Shown: piece by piece, positions 1 to 11,124 of the stretch
Layout: each line of letters starts with the position of its first letter
How positions within the stretch are numbered: position 1 is the stretch's first letter
Source: Octopus vulgaris
Lineage: Eukaryota
Assembly (NCBI GenBank): GCA_951406725.2
Contig: OX597815.1
Coordinates: 211,668,001 to 211,732,000, forward strand
Reading direction: 5' to 3'
Length of the DNA stretch: 64,000 nt
Notes under the pieces: model-generated
Databases searched by the model: none
What the model was told of the DNA's origin: nothing
What the model saw: only the letters and a program-made list of their open reading frames with translations
Program-made: the position numbers and the translations under genes

Positions 1-2330
1 CTCTTTGATCTCTGTCGGCATTCCTCTTTGGTCTCTGTCGGTACTCCTTTGATCTCTGTCGGCATTCCTCTTTGATCTCAGTCGGCATTCCTCTTTGATC
101 TCTGTCGGTACTCCTCTTTGATCTATGTCGGTACTCCTCTTTGATCTCTGTCGGCATTCCTCTTTGATCTTTGTCGGTACCCCCTCTTTGATCTCTGTCG
201 GCATTCCTCTTTGATCTCTGTCGGTACCCGCTTTTTGATCTATGTCGGTACTCCTCTTTGATCTCTGTCGGCATTCCTCTTTATATCTGTCGGTACTCCT
301 CTTTGATCTCTATCGGCATTCCTCTTTGATCACTGTCGGCATTTTTCATCGATGTCTGTCGGCATTCCTCTTTATCTCTGTCGGCATTCCTCTTTGATCT
401 CTGTCGGCATTCCTCTTTGATCTCTGTCGGTACTCCTCTTTGATCTCTGTCGGCATTCCTCTTTGATCTCAGTCGGTACCCCTCTTTGATCTCTGTCGGT
501 ACTCCTCTTTGATCTCTGTCGGTAATCCTCTTTGATCTCTGTCGGCATTCCTCTTTGATCTCTGTCGGCATTCCTCTTTGATCTCTGTCGGCATTCCTCT
601 TTGATCTATGTCGGTACTCCTCTTTGATCTCTGTCGGCATTCCTCTTTGATCTCTGTCGGCATTCCTCTTTGGTCTCTGTCGGTACTCCTTTGATCTCTG
701 TCGGCATTCCTCTTTGATCTCAGTCGGCATTCCTCTTTGATCTCTGTCGGTACTCCTCTTTGATCTATGTCGGTACTCCTCTTTGATCTCTGTCGGCATT
801 CCTCTTTGATCTTTGTCGGTACCCCTCTTTGATCTCTGTCGGCATTCCTCTTCGATCTCTGTCGGTACCCGCTCTTTGATCTATGTCGGTACTCCTCTTT
901 GATCTCAGTCGGCATTCCTCTTTGATCTCTGTCGGCATTCCTCTTTGATCTCTGTCGGCATTCCTCTTTGATCTCTGTCGGTACACCTCTTTGATCTCTG
1001 TCGGTACTCCACTTTGATCTCTGTCGGCATTCCTCTTTGATCTCTGTCGGCATTCCTCTTTGATCTCTGTCGGTACTCCTCTTTGATCTCTGTCGGCATT
1101 CCTCTTTGATCTCTGTCGGCATTCCTCTTTGATCTCTGTCGGTACTCCTCTTTGATCTCTGTCGGTACTCCTCTTTGATCTCTGTCGGCATTCCTCTTTG
1201 ATCTCTGTCGGCATTCCTCTTTGATCTCTGTCGGCATTCCTCTTTGATCTCTGTCGGTACTCCCCTTTGATCTCTGTCGATACTACTCTTTGATCTCTGT
1301 CGGCATTCCTCTTTGATCTCTGTCGGCATTCCTCTTTGATCTCTGTCGGTACTCCTCTTTGATCTCTGTCGGTACTCCTCTTTGATCTCTGTCGGCATTC
1401 CTCTTTGATCTCAGTCGGCATTCCTCTTTGATCTCTGTCGGTACTCCTCTTTGATCTCTGTCGGTACTCCTCTTTGATCTCTGTCGGCATTCCTCTTTGA
1501 TCTTTGTCGGTACTCCTCTTTGATCTCTGTCGGCATTCCTCTTTGATCTCTGTCGGTATTCCTCTTTGATCTCTGTCGGTACTCCTCTTTGATCTATGTC
1601 GGCATTCCTCTTTGATCTCTCTCGGCATTCCTCTTTGATCTCTGTCGGCATTCCTCTTTGATCTCTGTCGGCATTCCTCTTTGATCTCTGTCGGCATTCC
1701 TCTTTGATCTATGTCGGTACTCCTCTTTGATCTCTGTCGGCATTCCTCTTTGATCTCTGTCGGTACTCCTCTTTGGTCTCTGTCGGTACTCCTTTGATCT
1801 CTGTCGGCATTCCTCTTTGATCTCAGTCGGCATTCCTCTTTGATCTCTGTCGGTACTCCTCTTTGATCTATGTCGGTACTCCTCTTTGATCTCTGTCGGC
1901 ATTCCTCTTTGATCTCTGTCGGTACTCCTCTTTGATCTCTGTCGGCATTCCTCTTCGATCTCTGTCGGTACCCGCTCTTTGATCTATGTCGGTACTCCTC
2001 TTTGATCTCTGTCGGCATTCCTCTTTATATCTGTCGGTACTCCTCTTTGATCTCTATCGGCATTCCTCTTTTATCTCTGTCGGCATTCCTCTTTGATCTC
2101 TGTCGGTACTCTGTCGGTACTTCTCTTTGATCTCTGTCGGCATTCCTTTCGATCTCTGTCGGCATTCCCTCTTCGATCTCTGTCGGCATTCCTCTTTGAA
2201 CTCTGTCGGCATTCCTCTTTGATCTCTGTCGGCATTTCTCTTTGATCTCTCTCGGCATTCCCCTTTGATCTCTGTCGGCATTCCTCTTTGATCTCTCTCG
2301 GCATTCCTCTTTGATCTCTGTCGGCATTCC
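1..2330. repeat. 23-bp tandem minisatellite, about 100 units, probably extending beyond the window start
   Basis: Unit CTCTTTGATCTCTGTCGG(CAT/TAC)TC repeated head to tail; three units give the 23-aa repeat seen in the minus-strand ORFs. Confidence 0.98.
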
Positions 2331-2472
2331 TTTTACAGGGCTTAGAAAAACAGAAGGACCGCTGCAATGCGTGTGCTTATCTGAGAGGAGAATATGTAGA
2401 ATAAAATCCTAATAAACTGATTCTCCGCTATTTTCTTTTACTCAAAGCCAGGATCTTCCCTGCACCCATGCA
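2331..2472 (+). mobile_element. Truncated mariner-derived MITE (transposase C-terminus plus decayed TIR)
   Basis: Reads LQGLEKQKDRCNACAYLRGEYVE*, a mariner-type C-terminus; resembles the reverse complement of the left half of 3146-3365. Confidence 0.75.
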
Positions 2473-3145
2473 AACTTCCATATGTGTATGTAGCACTTAT
2501 GTTGTTCTATAGAGTGTAACTTTTAGAACTTAACATTTCCGCGACCACCTTCAACGAATCTTTCCTAGTTTCTTGATAACTTTTACCTTCCCTTTCCCCT
2601 CGCTCTTCATAATGTTCCGTTACCCGTTGACATCCTACCTAGGTCTATTCTGCCGCTATAACTCCCTCCCATTCCTAAGTCTTTCGCTCTATCTTTTGTT
2701 TTGTTTTTCTCACATGTTGAAACATATTTACGTAACGCTATCAGAAAACATGAAATGTTTTCTGATAGTGTTACATAAATATGTTACAGGGTAGGGAAAG
2801 AGAACCCTGTCTGAACCGTTAGAATTCCTGCCTCCATCACGGCATACAGATTTATTCGTGTCGCAATGAACAGAGGAAGCCTCTACGCAACATGCTAGAA
2901 ATAGCAGCCCAAATTTTTCAACCGTCTTAATAAAGAAATGAAAATAAATGAAAGGCACATTAGAAAACATCTATTATATACGAAATCACGGCCAGAAAGA
3001 CTGCATATAGTTCTTTTTAATCGGACTAAACTCAGAGTTAAAAAAATAACTTGTGCTGTGCGAACTTCACTACGGCTTTTAACGGACACAGTCTTCTAGT
3101 AGTTTTTCCTGGCTCTGTTTATATTTCTATTCTCTTAGAGAAGCA

Positions 3146-3365
3146 TACGATGGGGAGCTGAAAAGCCCCTAGCTTTTGGTAAAAGAAAATACAGGAGAAT
3201 CGGTTATCTATGATTTTATTCAACATATTCCCCTCTCCGATTCACATACTATTGCAGCGGTCTTACGGTTTTTCTAAACGCTGTTAAAGAACTCGCAAGG
3301 TTGGGCCTCTATGCAGGCCTTCCGCGACACCCTTAAAACCAGAAACTTTTCAGCAACCCCTCGTA
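3146..3365 (-). mobile_element. Mariner-derived MITE with TA TSD
   Basis: TIRs TACGATGGGGAGCTGAAAAG and CTTTTCAGCAACCCCTCGTA; related copies at 2331 and 40699. Confidence 0.85.
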
Positions 3366-3664
3366 CTCTTAGAAGTAAAACAGGAAGTTAAAATACTTAT
3401 GTCTTTTAGATATATTTCTTTTCTATTAGCCGAGGTTCTCAGAGATACTCCTATGCATTTTAGAGAAATAAAGAACTTTGTATTACAAACAAGTAATTAA
3501 GCTTTCCGTATATTATCGTGGAATGGTCTTATCCACTTGTTGGCATTCCAAACACTCACGACAAAAAATAAAAATGATTTTGCCGTGTGTTGTTTCGATT
3601 AAGATACAATCAGGGTTCCCGACTCTTGAAGTACGAACGTAAAACCGAAGGTATTAAAAACGCA

Positions 3665-4042
3665 GGGTGAACCAGTTTCAACCAAGCAGATTTCGACTGG
3701 TGCTTATTTTTCGACTCTGAAAGGATGAAAGGCAAAACTGACTTTGGTGGAATTTGAATTCAGAACGTAAAGACGGACGAAATGCCGCTAACCATTTTGC
3801 CCGACATGCTAACGATTCAGGCGACTCGTCGCTCTAGTACAGAATATAATATTTCTTTCTACTATAGGCTCAAGGTCTGAAATTTTCGGAGAGGGGGTAA
3901 GTTGATTACAACGACCTCAATGGTACTTTGTTTATCGACCCTGAAAGGCATAGTCGGTCTCCGAGAAATTTGAACTCAGAATCTAAAGACGGGCGAAATG
4001 CCGCTAAGCATTTTGCCCGGTGTGCTAACGATTCTGCCAGCT
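3665..4042 (-). mobile_element. Two tandem degenerate SINE-A copies
   Basis: GAAAGGATGAAAGGCAAA core and TTTGAACTCAGAA B-box complement, matching the cleaner copies at 46937-47540. Confidence 0.85.
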
Positions 4043-5184
4043 GACATGACTGTGTGACTAAGCAGCTAGGACAGAAGGTAAAATTATTTAATAAATGAAT
4101 GACGAAAGTGTAGATTTTAAGTATTCATTCTCATTAGCCTACAGCTGTTTTCTACAGTTGAGTACCAGTGCGGCGAATTATAACTTTCTCAGAGCTATTT
4201 CATACATGGTAACTATTTTCGATAACAGTTTCCAACCGTGAGAACAAGTAAAATAGATAACTATATATTTTATAGGCTCCGTGATAACAGTCTGTTTAAC
4301 CTGAAATATGTGTTACAAGACATACTGTCAACAATTTCTGTTCAGAAGGCTCCAAATTTACGTTGAAGTGCTAACTAGTGACTTTTCAGCAAAACCGGCC
4401 ACACCTTCTATCTCTAGTTCTTACATCACATCAAAACATCCCATCTTTTTTCAGTAATCATCATGTTGTTAAATAGCACTTATTTCGGTATGTTTATCCC
4501 CAAACTTTTCGTCTCTTTTTCTATTTGAATAATGTTTTGGCTGCATAATTTAGGGAAACAGTTCATCAAAAATATTCAATTACTTAAAGTAATATCTTTT
4601 TTCCCGGGAGTTCCCTTCTACTCAGATTTCATTACACTTTCCCATTAGTCTTCAATGTCAAAACAGACTCCTTAGGTGTAGCCATTTTAATAAGAGCTTT
4701 CTAAATATATGACTCTACTAAGTTGCATGCATCGTGTAATTACTTAGTACAGAAAGATGTACTTTCTCTAGTCTAGGATATTGAGAATGGGTGTTTTCGA
4801 AAGAGATTAAGAAGCGTTTTAACCCCACCCAACTAAAATGCAGATGATTATTTCAAAAGAGGAAACCAAAGAGGGAATCTCTACTGGGACACTCAGACGT
4901 CTAAAAATAGCAATCAAACCTCCTTTAAATTATATTATGTCATCTTTAAAGAAATTTAAGGACTCGTAAGGATAGAATGTATTGCTTAAGTAGATAAAGG
5001 GTCTGAACAAAAAGCATAACAATCCTTTCTATTTGTAAACACAACGTCTTTTTTTCTTTTGGAGATGCTATAATCGACCTCAGTATTCAACTGGTACTTA
5101 TTTTATCAACCCCGAAAGAATAAATCTAGAAAAAATGCTGTCGAGTATTTCGTCCGGCATACTAATGATTCTGCTGTTTTTTCC

Positions 5185-5851
5185 ACTTTCGCCAGCTCCA
5201 ACTCGTATCCGAGCATTCGCTTCGACAGTTTCCGTCCAGTCTCCTTGGCTGATGTTTGTGTCGAAAGTGTCTCTGGAGTTCAAGTCGGTGGTGAAAGAGT
5301 CGTGGGCAGAACCCGCACGGGATGGTCGGTGAAGGTCGAGGATTTTAAAGACACTCCTTTTTTCTCTTACGTTTTACCTCCTCGTTCTGTTGTCTGTTCT
5401 ACCCGAAGGAGCTGGCTCCATTGCGGATAGCAGTCCTCCAGTCTGTCCTATCCATGGCAATTTGCTCACATTAGGATGGCTAGATGTTAGCTTGAACCAA
5501 GGTCCGTTTGAGATGGTCTTTAAAACGGAATTTAGGACCTCCTCTGGCCCTTGTTCAGATTGCAAGTTCTCAATAGAGCATGATCCTTAGGAGACGAAAG
5601 GGCTCCATACACTGGAAGTGACCTGCCCAGGGGAGACGATGGTGGCTTTGATACTTGGTTGTGAGGCACGGCGAAGAACCTCCTTGTTGGTAACGTGATC
5701 TTCCCATTGTATGTTGAGGATCTGCCGTAGCTTCGATTGCTGGAAGCAAAGGCGCTTGAAGTCACGGTGGTACAACGTCCAAGTCTCACAAGCGTAGAGT
5801 AGAGTTGACAGGATAATAGCACGGAAGACTATGATCTTTGTCTTGATATAC
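5185..5851 (-). mobile_element. RTE-clade LINE 3' fragment (pseudogenised)
   Basis: TKIIVFRAIILSTLLYACETWTLY...LRQILNIQWEDHVTNKEVLRRA is typical post-RT RTE/BovB-like sequence; stops and frameshifts downstream. Confidence 0.9.
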
Positions 5852-6129
5852 ATATAATTGTTAAAGAGGACAGCAAACGTTAAAGCAAGGCAAACATCTC
5901 ATGTCATATACCTTATTAGTTTTGGAAAAAGTTTCAGTCTTCCAGCTGTTTCTGAGATATCCCAGAGTATGGGATATTCCGACATCAGAGACAAATTGAG
6001 AAAAATAGGGAAATCAGATATCCCAGAAACAGCTGTAAGACTTTGAATTCTTTTTCCAATAATAATAATGCTTATGACTTGAGATGTTTTCCTTGCTTTA
6101 ACGTTTGTTGTCCTTTTAAACAATTATAT
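5852..6129. mobile_element. Palindromic element with about 110-bp inverted arms and a hammerhead-like core
   Basis: Arms start ATATAATTGTTAAAGAGGACAGCAAACG and end CGTTTGTTGTCCTTTTAAACAATTATAT; the mirror ORFs 5858+ and 5899- reflect the symmetry. Confidence 0.85.
5937..5992 (-). ncRNA. Degenerate minimal type I hammerhead ribozyme-like motif
   Basis: GTCT-CTGATGT-C-GGAATATCCCA-TACTC-TGGGATATCTC-A-GAAAC-AGCT-GGA-AGAC; the opposite arm keeps GAAACAGCTGTAAGAC. Confidence 0.55.
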
Positions 6130-6228
6130 ATCCACTATGTAAAAAATCTGCAATGGCTCCATAACTACCGTCTCGGCTACAACCTTGGAATCTTTAGTAA
6201 TCCGTTACAGCACTTACCTAGCGTACCG

Positions 6229-6230
<2 letters not shown>

Positions 6231-6282
<52 letters not shown>

Positions 6283-6369
6283 TAATCCAAACAAGAAAAC
6301 AAAAAAACACAACAACGCAAGGACGTGGAACAAATAAAGTATTATTGGACGCTCAGGAAAAAAGGGAAG

Positions 6370-6432
<63 letters not shown>

Positions 6433-6548
6433 ATATGTATATATATAGATATGTATATTTATAATATATATATATAGATATGTATATTTATAATATATAT
6501 ATAAATATATATATTTATAATATATATATAAAAATATATATAATAAAT

Positions 6549-6584
<36 letters not shown>

Positions 6585-6620
6585 CACATATATACATATG
6601 TATGCATGTATATATGTATA
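6231..6620. repeat. (TA)n-rich microsatellite with an embedded single arm (6278-6368) of a dispersed element
   Basis: TA runs; 6278-6368 resembles the reverse complement of 49020-49113. Confidence 0.85.
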
Positions 6621-6753
6621 TTAGAGATTTTCCATCGCTAAATAAAAGATAATAAGCAATGTACAGAATATAACAATGTATACCATTACCATTCATATAT
6701 AAGACGAAATAAACATTTTCAGAACCATCTAATCGAATAATCTGATTTACTTC

Positions 6754-6757
<4 letters not shown>

Positions 6758-6802
<45 letters not shown>
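6758..6802. repeat. (AG)n microsatellite
   Basis: Pure AG run. Confidence 0.95.
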
Positions 6803-6808
<6 letters not shown>

Positions 6809-7439
6809 GGAGAGTAATTTATTTTCCTAGACTTCAGTATTGTGTTGATACACATTAGTACATATATTACCGAAGGCAATGAAGTAAGTTGTTAGGAACA
6901 CTATATAAGTGAACTTCCCAGCAGGTTAAATAAGCTATTCGTGTCACTAAGTTGAATAAACTTCTCGATTAAGTTTCCAGCAGAGATGATATTTAGAAAA
7001 AAATTGCGAAAGTAAGAAACAATAATTTCGTAGCATTTTTCTTTTTTTATTGTTACTAGGTCAATTGATACTCACACGGAAAACTCTTGAAGTTTTAATA
7101 CAATAAAGCTATAATATGGATACAGATATTTAAAACATTTCAAATAATAGGTGACTGGACCAGCAAGAAATAGCAAGTAAGTCGTTATCAAAGCATATCC
7201 TTCCATCTTTAAAAGAAAAAGAACCAGAACACTTGGATAATGTAGTCATAGCTATCCCAAGAGAACGAGGGGCCAACGACTGGAAATGCTTTTAATTATA
7301 GGTTTATTCACTGACCTGGGGCTAAACAACAAAATATTAAACATTGGAATCGAAAATCGAGTTAGATTTATGTAATAACTTGATAAAGTTCAAACGTTAC
7401 AGTGAAGTTTGTGGTTTTAATGAGGGGGGGATATACATT

Positions 7440-7820
7440 TCTCTTTTAACTCTTCTACTTGTTTAAGTCATTAGACTGCGGTCATGCTGGGGTACTTATA
7501 TTGTGTTCATTGGTACTTTTTGCCGAACAACTAAGTTAGGTGTGTTTACGTCCCCGTAACTTAGTGGTTCGGCCAAAAGGGAGCGATGAACATATATATA
7601 TATAAATATATATATGTGTGTGTGTGTATAGATACATACATGCATATATATTTATGCTACGGGCTTCTTTCAGTTTCCGTCTACCATATCCACTCACAAT
7701 GCTTTGATCGGTCAGAGGCTATAGAAGAAAACATTTGCCCAAAGTGACAGGCAGTTGGACTGAACCCGGAACCCTGTGTTTGGGAAGAAAGCTCCTAACC
7801 ACACGGCCACCCCAGTGCCT
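7440..7820 (-). mobile_element. Degenerate SINE-B
   Basis: CTTCTTTCAGTTTCCGTCTACC...GGACTGAACCCGGAACC matches the reverse complement of 32721-33161. Confidence 0.85.
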
Positions 7821-8729
7821 ATAGTATCTAGTATAGATACTGTAGGTGGGGGGAATCTAGTAATGACAGAATTGATTGTATCTGAGGGAAGAATTAGTAG
7901 TAATAGTATATTTAGAGGGAATCAGTAACGATAGTTGATAGAGGGTCTTAAATATAGCAACAAAAACGATTTTGCCGGTGTACAAAAGGGAGTATATGAA
8001 GCTTGTATAAAAAAAATGCGTTATTGTGTAGCAGTGTAAAATTGCTAGTAAATGAACAAAATGTTAAAAAGAAAAAAAAGATATGTTTTAATACGATTCT
8101 TCGAATAAGCCATCTTAAATGGCAGAAACGCCGAAATATCGGCATAGCTAAAACATTCATCTTTCAACCTTATGATTCCAAGTTTGGTCCCCTCATGCGA
8201 TACTTTGATTAAGCGTATTCTGCTATGGAATCGAGCATAATATAATTATATGAGTATATAATTATACGTGACTGTATGTCAATCATTTACTGTCTCGAAA
8301 TTCGATCAGTTATAGCGACTGAAGCCATAGGGAGAATCAAATATGGTATCACAGCAGATATCAACAATTCACTTTGCCTCAAATCGTCCAACAAAAATTC
8401 ATTTATTTATGCCATAATAATTTAACTATTTTGTTCAATATTCTGACGATTCCGTCCCTGCCCGTCCCTTGGATAACATCATTGCTGTGGAAAGGGAATA
8501 TTTGCTCACTGGGCATCGACTAGTTTTTTTAATAAAAATTACTTCTTTAAGCTTACTTTCGGTGTACGATACATGGCACCAACAACCTGGAGAATTACTT
8601 TCCTGTGACCTATGAACCATTGTTGACTCTGATCGGCAGAGACTTTAGATTGAACAGATGATATCTTTATTTGAAAAAGTGTCATTGGCTTTATAGAATA
8701 TTATAAATTAGAGGTCAAACAAAATAAAT

Positions 8730-8905
8730 ACTTAGCGGAATTTCATCAGATTCTTCTCATTTTGAGTTCTAATGCTGCGGAGATCGACTTTGACTTTTAT
8801 TCTTTCCGAGTTGATAAATTAACTTCTAATTGAGCACTGGGGTTGATGGGATCGACTTATCTCCCCACCCCTCAAAATTGTTGACCTTGTGTCTAAATCA
8901 GAAAG
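8730..8905 (+). mobile_element. Degenerate SINE-A
   Basis: GAGTTCTAAT...GATCGACTTTGACTTTTATTCTTTCCGAGTTGATAAATTAA core. Confidence 0.7.
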
Positions 8906-9925
8906 AAAATTATTATCATAAAAATATTTCCACGACTCAGTTTGTTTCTTTCAGATAAAACTGTATGTAGATATGTTATATGTAACAGCTATATTGAGCT
9001 TGACATGTTAATAATGTAATATTTACATATTTTGAAATATGTTTCAATTATGAGAATCTTAGAAAGAGTTATAGAACGAGAGATTAGGGATATTTTCAAG
9101 ATATATATCGTATTATACATTATAGTTACTATTCTTTATTCTCAGGTCATTCGTTATTCAAGACCCTGAGATTATAGTTGTTCATTCCGTACTTTTACAT
9201 ATTTAGGAGAACATTGTAAATTCTGATTTAGACATTGTCATATATAAGAGTGTAATAAAGATAGCCATTGATATGCGAGTTGAACGAAAATTCTTAGTGT
9301 TGAAGATGCAAAGATGTAACGATGTGGAGATGTCTTAGATACTAGATATATAATATACCATTGGTATAAATAGAATATAGAGAGTTTTATTAAAGATGCT
9401 AGAGATATGGAAGAAACATTATTTTCAAACATAATTTTATCATGGACAGCTGAATCGACACAGACGATGCAATAAAACGGAAAATTAGAATCAATAGATA
9501 CGCAAACAACAACAAATATACATAAACATAAAATTCGTTCTGCTTATAATGGGAAATAACAGCCTTATCTTTCTTGACATCTTACAAACACCTCTCCTGC
9601 TTGGAGCCACTACATCCTCTTTAGCACCTACAGCCAACTCGTATCAGCTGTTTTTACGCCACATAAAGAATGAGCGAGCTGAATATCTCAAGCAATCCGT
9701 TAGTCAAGTTGCGAATGTCTTTAAATTATTCTGCTATAAAACAACGGCAAACAGTCAGATTCGTATGAAGAGCTGATCAATACTGTCCTCGAATTAGCAC
9801 CGAGTCTCAGACTCTATCACTAGTGATAAACACTACGTGTTGTATTTTTGTACAGAAGAATAGTTAATCTACCAACATCTGCACTTACGCCAGTAAATAC
9901 ATACTTACTTATATATATATATATA

Positions 9926-10335
9926 TGAGTGGCTGTGTGGTAAGTAGCTTGCTAACGAACCACATGGTTCCGGGTTCAGTCCCACTGCGTGGCATCTTGG
10001 GCAAGTATCTTCTGCTATAGCCCCGGGCCGACCAATGCCTTGTGAGTTGATTTGGTAGACGGAAACTGAAAGAAGCCTGTCGTATATATGTATATATATA
10101 TATATATATATTTATGTGTGTGTGTGTGTGTGTTTGTGTGTCTGTGTTTGTCCCCCTAGCATTGCTTGACAAATGATGCTAGTGTGTTTATGTCCCCGTC
10201 ACTTAGCGGTTCGGCAAAAGAGACTGATAGAATATGTACTGGGCTTACAAACTCCCGGGGTCGATTTGCTCGACTAAAGGCGGTGCTCCAGCATGGCCGC
10301 AGTCAAATGACTGAAACAAGTAAAAGAGTAAAAGA

Positions 10336-10337
<2 letters not shown>
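9926..10337 (+). mobile_element. Near full-length SINE-B (tRNA-like head, CORE-like segment, internal microsatellite)
   Basis: A-box TGGCTGTGTGGTAAG, B-box GGTTCAGTCC, CTTGGGCAAGT, GTAAAAGA tail repeats; nearly identical to 32721-33161. Confidence 0.92.
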
Positions 10338-10393
<56 letters not shown>

Positions 10394-10450
10394 GCATATA
10401 TAAGCATATATACACGCATTTATAAATACATATATAAGTGTGTGCGTGTG

Positions 10451-10740
10451 TGGAGGCGCAATGGCCCAGTGGTTAGGACTCGCGATTGTAGGATCGCGGT
10501 TTCGATTCCCAGACCGGGCGTTGTGAGCGAAAACACCTAAAGCTCTACGAGGCTCCGGCAGGGGCTGGTGGCGATCCCTGCTGTACTCTTTCGCCACAAC
10601 TTTCTCTCACTCTTTCTTTTGTTGGCCTGCTCGCTTAGCCAGCGGGGTGGTGTCATTTGAAGGCTAAAACAATGCGAAGCGCATTGTGACCAGCGATGCG
10701 TAGCAACATCTTAAAGCCTGGTCGGTCGGTCACCACGGCG
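10451..10740 (+). mobile_element. SINE with head C and tail Y
   Basis: TGGAGGCGCAATGGCCCAGTGGTTAGG head shared with 23503 and 49763; tail shared with 52690. Confidence 0.88.
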
Positions 10741-10776
<36 letters not shown>

Positions 10777-10842
10777 GTATGTATATGTGTGTGTATATAT
10801 GTTTGTGTGTGTGTGTATGTATGTATATATATATATATATAT

Positions 10843-10881
<39 letters not shown>

Positions 10882-10914
10882 TGTATACATGTATGTATGT
10901 GTTTATACGTTTGT

Positions 10915-11124
10915 GAGTCTGTGTTTGTCCCCCCCCCCAATATCGCTTGACAACAGATGCTGGTGTGTTTATGTCCCCGTAACTTAGCGGTTCGGCAAAA
11001 GAGACTGATAGAATAAGTACTAGGCTTACAAAGAATAAGTCCTGGGGGGCGATTTGCTCGACTAAAGGCGGAGCTCCAGCATGGCCACAGTCAAATGACC
11101 GAAACAATTAAAAGAGTAAAAGGG
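10915..11124 (+). mobile_element. SINE-B 3' half following a microsatellite
   Basis: GTGTTTGTCCCC...GACTAAAGGCGG...CAGTCAAATGAC. Confidence 0.9.

Noticed and set aside
1-2330. CRISPR array or repetitive protein gene (ORFs up to 417 aa)
   Set aside because: Units are contiguous with no unique spacers and there are no cas genes; the same peptide appears in all three frames simply because the 23-bp unit lacks stops
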